Assembly: GCA_965235115.1 (NCBI GenBank)
Contig: OZ249436.1
Location: 29,762,001-29,826,000 of the forward strand
Reading direction: 5' to 3'
DNA from: Laetmonice hystrix
Taxonomy: Eukaryota
DNA length: 64,000 bases
Position numbers and translations under genes: made by a program. A model generated the notes under the pieces. It had not been told where the DNA came from. It saw nothing but the letters and a program-made list of their open reading frames with translations, and did no database searches. Below, piece by piece: positions 38,833 to 49,679 of this stretch; position 1 is the stretch's first letter; each line of letters starts with the position of its first letter.

Positions 38833-41800
38833 TTAACATCGAGATAAACAATTGGCAATGACATTATCTTTACCTCTTATGTGCTTAATTTCAAGATTGA
38901 ACTCTTGCAAAATCAAACTCCAGTTTAGCAACCTCCTATTCTTATTTTTCATCTTCCACAGAAACACCAAAGGATTATGATCCGTGTATACAGTGATGGG
39001 TTTCTGACCAGTACAAATGTACACATCGAAATGTTGCAATGCCAAAACCAAAGCCAACAGCTCCTTCTTGATAGTAGAGTAATTCTTCTGATGTTGATTG
39101 AACTTCTTTGAGAAGTAAGCAATTGGATGTTCTACCTCGTCATTGTCACCTTTCTGTAGCAACACTGCACCTGCAGCCTCATCGCTCGCGTCCACTGCTA
39201 TTGAAAATGGTCGGCCAAAGTCAGGTGACCTGAGTACTGGATAGTGACACAAAATGGTCTTTAATTTATTAAGTGCCTTTTGGCAATGTTCATCCCATGT
39301 GAACTTTACATTTTTCTTGAGTTGGTTGGTGAGAGGTAGAGCAACATCAGCAAAATTCCTGCAGAACTTGCGATAGTACCCTACCATCCTCAAGAAACGT
39401 CTTAATGACTTTTTATTTGTTGGAACTGGGAATGCCAAAATTGCCTGAACTTTAGCATCTACAGGTGCTACCTGACCTTGACCAATTTCATAGCCAAGAT
39501 ATGTGACCTTGGCACACCCAAACTCACTTTTGTTAAGGTTGACTGTCAAGTTCGCTACAGACAACCGTTGAAACAAATTCTCCACATCCTGGATTTGTTC
39601 TACCCATGAATCACTTCCTGTGATTAAGTCGTCGACATAAGCATCAGTGTCAGGCAGATCTTTAATCACTGACTGTATCATCCTTTGAAACGTAGCAGGA
39701 GCATTTTTCATTCCGAAGGGAAGAACTTTATACTCATACAGACCAGATGGTGTGACAAAAGCTGATATTTCCCTGGCTCTCTCAGTCAAGGGAACACACC
39801 AGTAACCTTTTAACAAATCAATCTTGGTGAGGTATTTTGCTTTACCCACTTTATCAATACAATCATCCACTCTAGGAATAGGAAACACATCAGTCTTACT
39901 GACTGCATTCACCTTTCTGTAATCTGTACAAAACCTTGTACTACCATCAGGCTTAGGAACCAATACACATGGTGAACTCCAATATGAGTGGGATGGTTGA
40001 ATAATGTCATGCTCCAACATATATTTTACCTCACCTTTAGCAATCTTACATTTTTCTGGGTTCATCCGATAGGGATGTTGTTTAATGGGTGTGGCATCAC
40101 CAACATCAACATTCACTGATGTCCTCTTTGGAACATCAGGAAACAAACCTTGATACCTAAATACCAACTCTTTCATTTGGTTTTGTTTCTCTGGCTCTAC
40201 ATGGGCAACTTTCACATCAAAGTGTTGCACAACCTCCGCATTGGACAGCTTACAAGGAAGATTATCAGACTTGACCTTTGGTTCCTCCTCTTGACACACA
40301 ACACTGTCCTGCGAACTCTCAACACCATCCTCAACAATGGTCTTCTTAACACCAAGATGACCTAATGGCAAACCATGTGCCACGACCAACACCTCATTCC
40401 TATAAACGCTAGGAACTACAACTTGACGACCCAATGGCAAACCATGTGCCACGGCCAACACATCATTCCTATAAACGCTAGGAACTACAACTTGACGACC
40501 CAATGGCAACCCATGTGCCACGGCCAACACATCATTCCTATAAACGCTAGGAACTACAACTTGACGACCCAATGGCAAACCATGTGCCACGGCCAACACG
40601 TCATTTTCAAGATAGTAACCAACCGGCACTTTCTCAATCTCCTCCTTAGGGAGAGCCTTGTCCCTCAATTCACCAACCTCAGGATCACCAATCTGTTCCT
40701 TAATCAGCTGATTCCTGGACAACGGCAAATCCTCAGACACTATAAGATCACCAGACCTATCACCAGAATCCTGCTCGAAAACAGAACCAAAAAACGTGTC
40801 TGCAAGATTATCAAAGGTAGAAGTCTCCTTAGACCCTACCGAGTCACAACCAGTTTTCCCTGCATCATGACATTGACAAGTGCTAGACTGCACATAATCC
40901 TCCTCTTCCTTAGCCCTTTTGGCCATAGCCCGAGTCACTGCACACGAAGGAAACAAAGTGGGATCCTCACTAACTTCCTCAGTGCTCGGCTTAGACGTCA
41001 TCTGGATCGAGGGGACAACTTTTCCACCAGCCAGGTCGTTTCCCAGCAACAAAGAAACACCCTTAATCGGAAGACTTGATCTAGTTCCTACCCTCACCTG
41101 TCCTGTAACTAAGTCCGACTTTAAATACACAGAGTGCAGAGGTACAGTAACCGTTCTCCCTTCAATACCCTGAACAAGTAGGAAATCACCAGTAGCCGAC
41201 TCATCACATAAGGCCAACGCGTCTTCTAACAAAAGTGACTGAGATGCTCCAGTGTCTCGAAGAATCCTAATAGGTACAGGAGACGAATTCTCACGCAGAG
41301 AAACAAATCCCTCTGACACAAATGGAAGAAACTCCTCCCTCACAAGGTCAGACATCTCTGGCTCATTAGCCTCAAAAGAACTAGGTGGATCCACAGAACT
41401 AGCTTTCACAATAGGTGCCTCTATACAAGATCTAACTAGAGCATTTGGAACTGTGACCTTTTCTTTCCTTCTCTTAAGAACCCAACAATCCGACATAACA
41501 TGACCTGGTTCCTTGCAATAATTGCATGTGGGCTTGACATATTTGTCCTTGGACTCACTTTTACCATCATTGCTCTTGTTTCTGCTGTCATTTCTCTGGA
41601 ACCTTGCTTTCTTCTTGTAGAACTGAGACTTCTCACTGGACCCAAATCTGGACTTATGAGTGAGTGCATAATGATCTGCCAATTTTGCAGCTTTCTGTAG
41701 AGTAACGACTTCTCTCTCATTAAGATAGGTCTTAATATCATCTTTGACACAGCACTTGAACTCCTCAACCAACATCAAATCCTTCAACTTGTCAAAGTCC

Positions 41801-42690
41801 TTGTCAACCGACATTGAGTTGCACCAACGTTCAAAGAACACCTCCTTGTCATGAGCAAACTCCACATAAGTCTGACCGTCCCTCTTCTTCCAATTTCTAA
41901 ACTTTTGCCTGTAAGCTTCTGGAACTAACTCATATGCCGTCAAAATGGCTTTCTTGACAATCTCATAATCTGAGGAATCCTGAACCGACAATGCAGAATA
42001 TGCCTGTTGTGCTTTTCCTTTGATAACACTCTGCAACATGAGAGGCCAGTATTGTGGTGGCCATTCCAGACTCTCAGCTACCTTTTCAAAATGTTGAAAG
42101 TATTTGTCTACTTCTTTCTCATCAAATGGAGGAACTAACCTAACTTCTCGGCTAGCAACAAACCTCTGGGTGTCATCTGAATGGCTTCTTCCTCCTCCAC
42201 TCAACCTAAGTTTCTGTAGCTCATGTGCTTGCTCTCTCTCTATTTTCTCTAACTCAAACTGTCGCTGTCTTTCTTTCTCCTCTAACTCAAATTGTTCTTT
42301 CTCTTTCAATTTGGCTAACTCAAATTGTTCCTTCTCTTTCAATTTCTCTAACTTCTCTAATTCAAACCGTTCCTTTTCTCTCACTTTCTCTAACTCAAAC
42401 TGTCTTTGTTTCTCTTTCTCCTCTAACTCTGCCATCTTGAGTTTAAATTCCATGCCTGACATGGATTTCCCTTTTCCAATGTCCACAAACTGATTTAACT
42501 CCTCTGCTGTAAAGACATCCTCTTCATAATAGAACTCAGCTATTTTTCCTTGGAGAACTACCTTTGTCATTCCTTTGTTCACCTCCTCTAACCCACATTT
42601 CTCAGCAACTGCTAACAACTCAGACTTTTTAAGCTTCCTCAACTCATCTACAGTTGGTGCTGCCACGAAATCATCTACGGCCGCTGACAT
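38833..42690 (-). CDS. pol: Gag-Pol polyprotein (gag, CCHC knuckle, PR, truncated IN, RT, RNase H), 1285 aa from ATG
   Basis: CNYCKEPGHVMSDC; LRDTGASQ; AH..HLGVKKT; WSSPCVLVPKPDG, RFCTDYRKVN, IDLLKGYW, LPFGMKNAPATFQ, YVDD; AVDAS, YTDHNPL; no integrase DDE core. Confidence 0.93.
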   Translation of the reverse strand: MSAAVDDFVAAPTVDELRKLKKSELLAVAEKCGLEEVNKGMTKVVLQGKIAEFYYEEDVFTAEELNQFVDIGKGKSMSGMEFKLKMAELEEKEKQRQFELEKVREKERFELEKLEKLKEKEQFELAKLKEKEQFELEEKERQRQFELEKIEREQAHELQKLRLSGGGRSHSDDTQRFVASREVRLVPPFDEKEVDKYFQHFEKVAESLEWPPQYWPLMLQSVIKGKAQQAYSALSVQDSSDYEIVKKAILTAYELVPEAYRQKFRNWKKRDGQTYVEFAHDKEVFFERWCNSMSVDKDFDKLKDLMLVEEFKCCVKDDIKTYLNEREVVTLQKAAKLADHYALTHKSRFGSSEKSQFYKKKARFQRNDSRNKSNDGKSESKDKYVKPTCNYCKEPGHVMSDCWVLKRRKEKVTVPNALVRSCIEAPIVKASSVDPPSSFEANEPEMSDLVREEFLPFVSEGFVSLRENSSPVPIRILRDTGASQSLLLEDALALCDESATGDFLLVQGIEGRTVTVPLHSVYLKSDLVTGQVRVGTRSSLPIKGVSLLLGNDLAGGKVVPSIQMTSKPSTEEVSEDPTLFPSCAVTRAMAKRAKEEEDYVQSSTCQCHDAGKTGCDSVGSKETSTFDNLADTFFGSVFEQDSGDRSGDLIVSEDLPLSRNQLIKEQIGDPEVGELRDKALPKEEIEKVPVGYYLENDVLAVAHGLPLGRQVVVPSVYRNDVLAVAHGLPLGRQVVVPSVYRNDVLAVAHGLPLGRQVVVPSVYRNEVLVVAHGLPLGHLGVKKTIVEDGVESSQDSVVCQEEEPKVKSDNLPCKLSNAEVVQHFDVKVAHVEPEKQNQMKELVFRYQGLFPDVPKRTSVNVDVGDATPIKQHPYRMNPEKCKIAKGEVKYMLEHDIIQPSHSYWSSPCVLVPKPDGSTRFCTDYRKVNAVSKTDVFPIPRVDDCIDKVGKAKYLTKIDLLKGYWCVPLTERAREISAFVTPSGLYEYKVLPFGMKNAPATFQRMIQSVIKDLPDTDAYVDDLITGSDSWVEQIQDVENLFQRLSVANLTVNLNKSEFGCAKVTYLGYEIGQGQVAPVDAKVQAILAFPVPTNKKSLRRFLRMVGYYRKFCRNFADVALPLTNQLKKNVKFTWDEHCQKALNKLKTILCHYPVLRSPDFGRPFSIAVDASDEAAGAVLLQKGDNDEVEHPIAYFSKKFNQHQKNYSTIKKELLALVLALQHFDVYICTGQKPITVYTDHNPLVFLWKMKNKNRRLLNWSLILQEFNLEIKHIRGKDNVIANCLSRC

Positions 42691-42769
42691 TTTGAGTAAG
42701 AATGTTCTTGAAACAAAGATGGTGGACAATTTCTAAAATAATGGCTCAATGTGCCAAATTTGCTCAAGT

Positions 42770-42786
42770 TCCCGGACGAGCCCCCA
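42770..42786 (-). promoter_or_regulatory. tRNA-Pro primer-binding site of element 2
   Basis: Reverse complement reads TGGGGGCTCGTCCGGGA next to the 5' LTR. Confidence 0.9.
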
Positions 42787-44224
42787 ATTTATGCTACGTG
42801 GCCAACGGCAGTAGATGACAAACACCCAGAATTTAATTTTAAACACTTTAATGAATCCTCACAGTTACACAATAATGACAAAATAAAGTCTGCTTCACAA
42901 TCATAAAACTCAGTGTTTTACCTTCTGGAATGTTCCTACCATCTATTGTGGTCTATTGTCCCGTCTGCAATTCCAGAACGTTCTCAGTCCATCCAAATCA
43001 GAGTTTGAATAAAGTTCTAGTTGATTTCCTCCGTGGATTTCACAAGCCCAATGTCCACACGTAAATCCAAAGTTCACATAGAGTTTCAGTGGTTTTCCTC
43101 CGTGGTTGTCACAAGCACAGTGTCCACAGCACAAGTTCAGATACGTACTCCAGGAATCCGTGGATAAATCTTCCTATTGAAGTCGCCAACTTCAGTAGCA
43201 CACAAATTGAAGACTTGTAGCTCTAGGCTATAGTCTACTGTCCACGTTCCAGTTTCAGGCTCAAATACGACAGCTTTCGTAATCCCACACTGAGCGATAA
43301 TACACAATCTCACAATCGTCAATCAGGTCTTGTTCCAATCTAATTAAAATTAGATCTTAGTTATTTCGCATGCGCTACATACTAGGATCTAACGGCATCC
43401 CGTATGGGGTCACCTCAGGCTGACCTTTGACCCAGATTCAAGTGTGCCGTTGAAAATGCCTACCAGCGCACACCGAAGATTTCGTAGGCGGCTCGCTGAT
43501 TGGCTGAAGTGTCACTAACGTTAAACTACACTCTCTGTTAGATCTCAACGCAAGTCTCCCCGCATCATCAGTTCTACCAGCTTATATACCTTCAGTTAAA
43601 GAACCTTCTCGTTGTAGAATGTTCGACTGTCACTGGATAATTCTAGTTGTTTGAGAACCTTCTAAATTCCAACTATTACGGCCGAACTTTCTGGTCCCGG
43701 AACCTCCTACTCAAGCTCCCTCTGGCGGGACATGTAACTAACAGACCAGACCACAGCGCCACCTGGCGGATTATAATTAACTGAGGAATTCTACCTCACA
43801 CACACATCACAGTGTGAAAAAGGTGTCATTTTCAGTGACTGAATTAAGACTATTAATAATTGGCGATTTCTTTTCTTTTTACAAAATACCAGCCAAAGCT
43901 ACATAAACATGTAGGGGACCTTTGGGGCATATCGGAGAACCACAATGCAAACATATTTTTGCTGAAACACGACGTATTATTTGAAATTCGTGACATATTA
44001 CCTTTAAACCATCTCTCAATTAACAGACATGCCATGTTTCACCAACGAGACTAGACTAGTCTCGATCGTTGGTTTCACGTATTGAGCGTGAGACCATTTG
44101 GCCAATCCCCCCTCCCTCCAATTAAACCACTCGGCACACCTCAACTGACTGACGTCATGTCTTGGCTGTAGGCTAGCTACGACGAATAGGTCGCCATGTT
44201 GGGGGTGGGGTGGGGTAGGGGGCA

Positions 44225-45065
44225 CTCGGAACACCGACGCTGCTTCTGATTGGCTGTTTCTAGGTCATATCGAGAGGCGAAGCAAGCCTCGGATGTATGA
44301 AGCCGCCATTTTCCCAGAATTTGCGCAAACCCCAGTGAAGCGGCATCGCGCATGAACACAGAGTAAATAGTCGACCCCTACGCACAGGCACATAGGCCTA
44401 GCAATACTATCCTTCTCGAATTTTCTATCGTGGAGCCAAAGCAGTCTCTTATTCACCTGGGAGGAAAACCAGATATATTCTGACTCTGTAGTCCGACACA
44501 GGGGAGTTCTACACTTTCGGCACGGCGGCAGTGCGCGAGTTTGTTGTTGATCAGTGGTCCCGACCTAGCCACCCACCCACCCCACCCCCCAGCATGGCGA
44601 CCTTCGTCGTACAGCCGAGATATGACGCGAGTCAATCGTGGGTAAGCCGAGTGGGGGTGGGGGTGGCTAGGTCGGGATCTGTGGCCCGGATGTAGACAAC
44701 CGCCAACTGAAAGTCCTATACGGTGACGCCGTGCCGAAAATGGAACACTTTCCACTTAATTAGCCTGTGTCGGAAATTACAGAGTTAGAATATCTGGTTT
44801 GCTCGCAGGTGAAGGAGAGACTGCCTTGCCTCTACGGTAAAATTTCGAGAAGGATAGGTAAGTTGAGAAATAAGATTAGAACTATATGTGCCTGTGCGTA
44901 GGGGGGAAATTCGACTGTTAATTTACTGCTCATCGCTACATCCGCGATGCCGCTTTACGACTTTGCGGAAATCCTGGAGAAATGGCCACTTCATACATCC
45001 GAGGCCTGCTTCGCCTCCGGATACAACCTAGAAACAGCCAATCAGAAGCAGCGGTGTGCCGAGTG
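44225..45065. repeat. ~300-bp inverted repeat pair (foldback element core)
   Basis: GCTGCTTCTGATTGGCTGTTTCTAGG...GCCTCGGATGTATGAAG (44240-44530) inverted at ~44740-45065. Confidence 0.7.
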
Positions 45066-46728
45066 AGCTCGACCAGCCAGCAAAGATACAGCCTTGATCA
45101 TCACGCCCTCTGTTGGCATCCAGAGACGGCGTCCCAATCTGGCAAAGATGCAACTCATGCTGTCTCCTCGATAGATGGCGTGCCTGTGTACAAAACAGTC
45201 TGCGTGGCAGACGCGACCACTGAGAGAGGTGTGTCAGCATGTGACCAGAAATTGAGAATAGACGGCTCCGATTGGCAACTCTCTCGTCGGGAAGTCTGAC
45301 CTCACTGAGCGAAGGACGGTCGTCGGTGTTGTGTTGAAAGAAACCGAAGTCCATTTTTGGCCTAGAAATCTTGCCTAATTCACTGTTTTCATTCATCGGT
45401 CCTAGCCCAAACAGCAGCCATGACGAGCACGGGTTCTGATACAGACTGTTTGAACAGGACACGGTTGCTGCAAACCTGCTAGGCCTACTTGCCCCCACCC
45501 CCATAAAATAATTGCCATCAATATCATGATTCTCCCCCCCCCCCCCCAAAGAATGGATCTCATCCAACTTCATCAGAGAACGACGGCATCTGCCTGTCTC
45601 ATTCCAGGCGGCTGTATCATATTTCAAAATAACACCAACTGGGGGGCATTTTTTTACTCAATTCTTTAAATTTGCGATGCTTGAAGAGGGGCGTGAATTC
45701 ACCGGTGACGTTTCTGGGCATAACGAGTCTTGGCTCTTCTCCGATGAACCTTTCATATTTTACCTGTGTGAAACGTGAAGCCATTTCAGGGGGGGGGGGG
45801 GATCCCTCGTTTTGATAAGTGGGGAGAGGGCACCTAAAAAGATTTTTTTAGCGATTTGATTGTTAGCCGCTACTGTAGGCTACTAATACATCTTCATCAC
45901 TAAAAAGAAGGAAAATATAGGGGACTGACCCCCTGGCCCTCTGGACCCCCACTATGTTTGGCTGGCGACATGCAGAGACCGGAGGGCTTTTAGGCCGACA
46001 TTCTTGGTCTAACCTTAGAAACTGCCTTAGGGACATTGACGCCATATCGTAATGGGTGCAGTTCTTGACAATCAAAATCTAAAATATGGACACTATACAT
46101 GTAGGGTAGATTCAGGTTGACCGAGACAGCAGGTTGACCGAGACACCTAAGCAAAGACGCCTTAAAGTGTAATAAGGATATGAAATGAATGGTACTTTTT
46201 TCTTTCGAAAGAGCATCGTTGAAACTTCTTGTAGACCATCCCCTGCAAGCTTTGTGAAAATAAAAAGCTTTTTATTAAATATACCCACATTTATATCGCC
46301 ATATCCTACGACAGTCTTGGAATCTCACTAATCCTCGGCAATCTTCGGTAAACTCCGGTGTGTGACGTGTCAACATGTGCAGAGCCGCCATTATGACTGT
46401 GACCGTAGTAGGCTAAAGTCGGCCGTGTGTTGTTTTCGGGATATGCCTTACATGATCATCCTCAAATTCCATTGCCATGGAGGTAAATCCAGGTGTCAAG
46501 GACAATGAGTGGAGTAAACGAGTAAATAGATGTGCCGCAATGTTGTGGTATAGAGAAGCATGGACAATCATGTGGGCGTGTATCGTTGGCCAAACACGAC
46601 CGGTCTCCCGTCAGCCGGTCAGGCTCAGGCACAAAACTTGTGAACAGGACCATTAGGCTACTGGACCAAGGTCCAAGCAGTCTGTCCTAACATGTTAACC
46701 CAAGAGTAAACGACCAAGGCAAGCAGAA

Positions 46729-48095
46729 AACTAGATACGTTGTGGTGATACCACAATGGATCCCATCCCCGTGGTGTCCCGTCCAACATGTTAAGAGAAG
46801 CGATAACAATGGTGCTATCATGCACCCGTGACGACGTATAAGTCTTAGACGATGCAAATTATGTCATTATGACAAGTGAAAGAGCATAATGTAACTTCCT
46901 ATTAGTGTTTAATGGTAACTCTGGTTCTAACCTCAACCATTAACAAGTTATATCCCTGAGACAATATGGATGACATCGTTATGACGTCATAGGTCACATG
47001 ACCTGAAAAATAATGGTGCCAAATGAAAGAGCATATATGACTTCCTATTAGTGTTTAATAGTAACTATGGCTCTAATTTCAACCATTTACAAGTTATATC
47101 CCTGAGAAAGTATGGTTGACATCGTTATGACGTCACAGGTCACGTGACCTGAAAAATAATGGTGCCAAATAAAAGAGCATATAGGACTTCCTATTCGTCT
47201 TCAATAGTAACTATGGCCCTATCTGGCACTGTTTAGAAGTTGTAGCCATAAATAGCTAAACTGACCACTGTTGAAGACTTCAAGGTCACGTGATTCAGCG
47301 AATATAGTTCAAATCGCTTATCCCTGGATGATTCTATTAAAGCACTTGTTAAAGAGTGTTCCCGCCTAATATTGTCAAATTTTACCAAAAAATGAAGAAG
47401 AAGAAGAAGAAGAAGAAGAAGAAGAAGAAGAAGAAGAAGAAGAAGAAGCGATTTAACCAATTTGTAAGGTGAGGCCCAGTTCTCCCAAAGGTCAAAGGTC
47501 CAATGAAAGCTCAATTTTAAGTATGACCCATGCCTAATTATAGCACCATGGTGGGTTTTGGAAATTCTCAATATGAGCTTAAAAAATGGCTTCAATGTAC
47601 AAATCACGTACATGACGTCATGACTGAATGTATGACCTGTCTTTGTCATGGTCAAGGTGTGTATTCATAAACAATTATGGCTCTGTCTCAAATCTTTCAA
47701 GAGTTACAGCCAGGAATCTTCCAAATGGCCTAACTTTAAAACTTGCAGGTCAAGTAGTTCAGCGAAAATAGGTCAAATCCTTAGAAATAATGGTGCCAAA
47801 CGAAAGATCATATCACTTCCTATTTGTGTACAATAATAAACATGGCCCTTTAACAGAAGCATCTTCGAGTTATAGCCATAGATACCTAAACTGGGCACTG
47901 TTCAAAATTTCAATATCACGTAACTCCGCGAAAATAGGTAAAATCGCTTATCCTTGGATAACTATTGAGAAGCTCTTGTCAGAGAGTCCTTCTGCCAAAT
48001 ATTGTCAAGTTTTATCAAAAAATGAAGAAGAAGTAGGGATGTAACCGATTTACGACCTAGGACCCAGTTCTCCTTAAGGTAGGGGGATGGGATAA
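46729..48095 (-). mobile_element. HINE (Helentron-type) with ~146-bp repeats and (GAA)n
   Basis: AACTAGATACG-TTGTGG/CCACAA hairpin-ATCCCATCCCC at left; GGGGATGGGATAA at right; microsatellite 47394-47447. Confidence 0.75.
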
Positions 48096-48227
48096 TAAGA
48101 AATCAGCCAATCAAAAGCGTCAACATAAAAAAAGATGTTAAAAAAGAAGGCAAAGGCTTCTAAACCTCATTCAAAGACGAGACACCGTACAGTACACATC
48201 GGGAGAGTCAAGCAATTGTGAACACAA

Positions 48228-48640
48228 TGGCTGATCTCGGACATGATGCAAGTGGATCTCTTTTTAACTATGTAAAACATGACGATACCATTAGCGATAT
48301 CAACTGGGTGGTATACAGACCTGTGGGACAGCTGAACTCTGGAGGAGCATTAGAATTTAACGTTTCTGGAAACAGTGCTCAGTACATCGATTTAAAGAAT
48401 ACCCGTTTGAGGGTCACCTTCAGAATCCTCCAAGGAAATGACCAGGGATTGCCATCACCAAACCCTACCGGGACCAACACTGAAACCCCTCCTCTGGCCA
48501 AGGTAGCACTGATTAACCTCATAGGTCAATCCCTCTGGAATCAGGACTGGTGTCGTTGAGCCTGCAACAAGTGAACGTGTCTACATCCATCGGAGGCGAT
48601 ATACCTACAAGGCCTATTTTGACACCCTACTCGGTTCAAC
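48228..48640 (+). pseudogene. Polinton/Maverick major capsid protein N-terminal fragment (F54H12.2-like)
   Basis: INWVVYRPV..LNSGGALEFNVSG....YIDLKNTRL.V...NLIGQSLWNQ, then frameshifted YTYKAYFDTLL, matching the Maverick MCP pattern as I recall it. Confidence 0.7.
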
Positions 48641-48643
48641 TAA

Positions 48644-49271
48644 AGCCCCAGTCACATCTAGTCGTACGAATTTTGGATCGCACGATAGGCAGGGGTAATC
48701 GGGGGGGATCGTGAGGTGTCGGGGGCCTGTCGTGGAATCGCTCTACGGTTATGAGATAGTGGTCACACACTAAAGATTAGTTTACGACCATGTTGTCATT
48801 TGTAGCACAAATGCTCATAGATTTCTCACAGGAATTATCCAGACAAAGCGTGTGATTACCTAAGATTACCTACGACTGTCAAGGAACAATCGTACGAAGG
48901 GTGAGGTTTACTCGTGCGATAGTCGTGGGAATAACTGTGCAATAGCAACTAGTCGCAGGACAAGTGTGATGGTCTTGTGATGACTGTGCGAGTGTCACTA
49001 GCCACGCGTCGGCACGACCACCCCCGACCATCGCAGGACCATCGCAGGACTATAAGAACGTAAAAAATCGTAGACATGTTCAAAATCGTAGACTGGATTT
49101 TGAACATGTTCAAAATCCGCGCTACGACAAATTTCACCTCCCAACCTCCCACGATCACTCATGACCTGTCGCATGAATTTTTTAAGATATACGGCGATTT
49201 ATTGCGTTTGGTCATCGTATGTACTCATAAACCCATCGTAACCCCTCGTATCCCCTAGTGTGACTGGGCCT
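48644..49271. mobile_element. PIF/Harbinger-like MITE
   Basis: TIR AGCCCCAGTCACA / TGTGACTGGGCCT; flanks TAA / TTA. Confidence 0.7.
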
Positions 49272-49679
49272 TTAAATAGCCGGGTGATGATGCAGATCAC
49301 CCGATATGTATAGATGATGCGTCGGCACACGAGCTAGTAAGTATTTCTTTCATGCTGAATGATGGGGTATGGGGGATTGAAGTAGAAGGGTTTGTGTGAA
49401 TTTGTGCTAAATGGACAAGGCAGTAATGTGCCGTTATTTTTAACAGGACATTGAGGTTGTCAACCTACACGTGCCGACGCGTGGCGAGTCCAACTCGTGT
49501 GCCGCTGCTGATGAGGCCCATCTGCCCCCCAGAAAACGTAGACGATTTGTGAAGTATTATCCCCCGGCACCAGCTGACAGTGATGACCCCAGCCAGGCGG
49601 TCGCAGCCCGACACCACCACCACCACCACCACCACCACCACTATTCTATACCCTCCGACAACGCCACCAGAGAACATTC

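Larger units (their letters stand above)
37861..43811 (-). mobile_element. Gmr1-like Ty3/gypsy LTR retrotransposon with in-frame integrase deletion
   Basis: LTRs 42792-43811 (5') and 37861-38710 (3'), TG...CA ends, 4-bp TSD GTGT, tRNA-Pro PBS at 42770-42786, PPT AGAGGGGAGG at 38711-38720. Confidence 0.95.
37545..44003. mobile_element. Kolobok-like non-autonomous element (~500 bp net) hosting LTR element 2
   Basis: TTAA-AGGAAATATGTCACG ... CGTGACATATTACCT-TTAA. Confidence 0.65.

Noticed and set aside
46440..46728. Possible additional Polinton gene upstream of the capsid fragment
   Set aside because: Coding-like composition but fragmented, with no motif I can identify.
47233..47655. Poly-Leu membrane-like ORF (and poly-Ser ORF 26834-27223)
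   Set aside because: Translations of (GAA)n microsatellites within HINEs.
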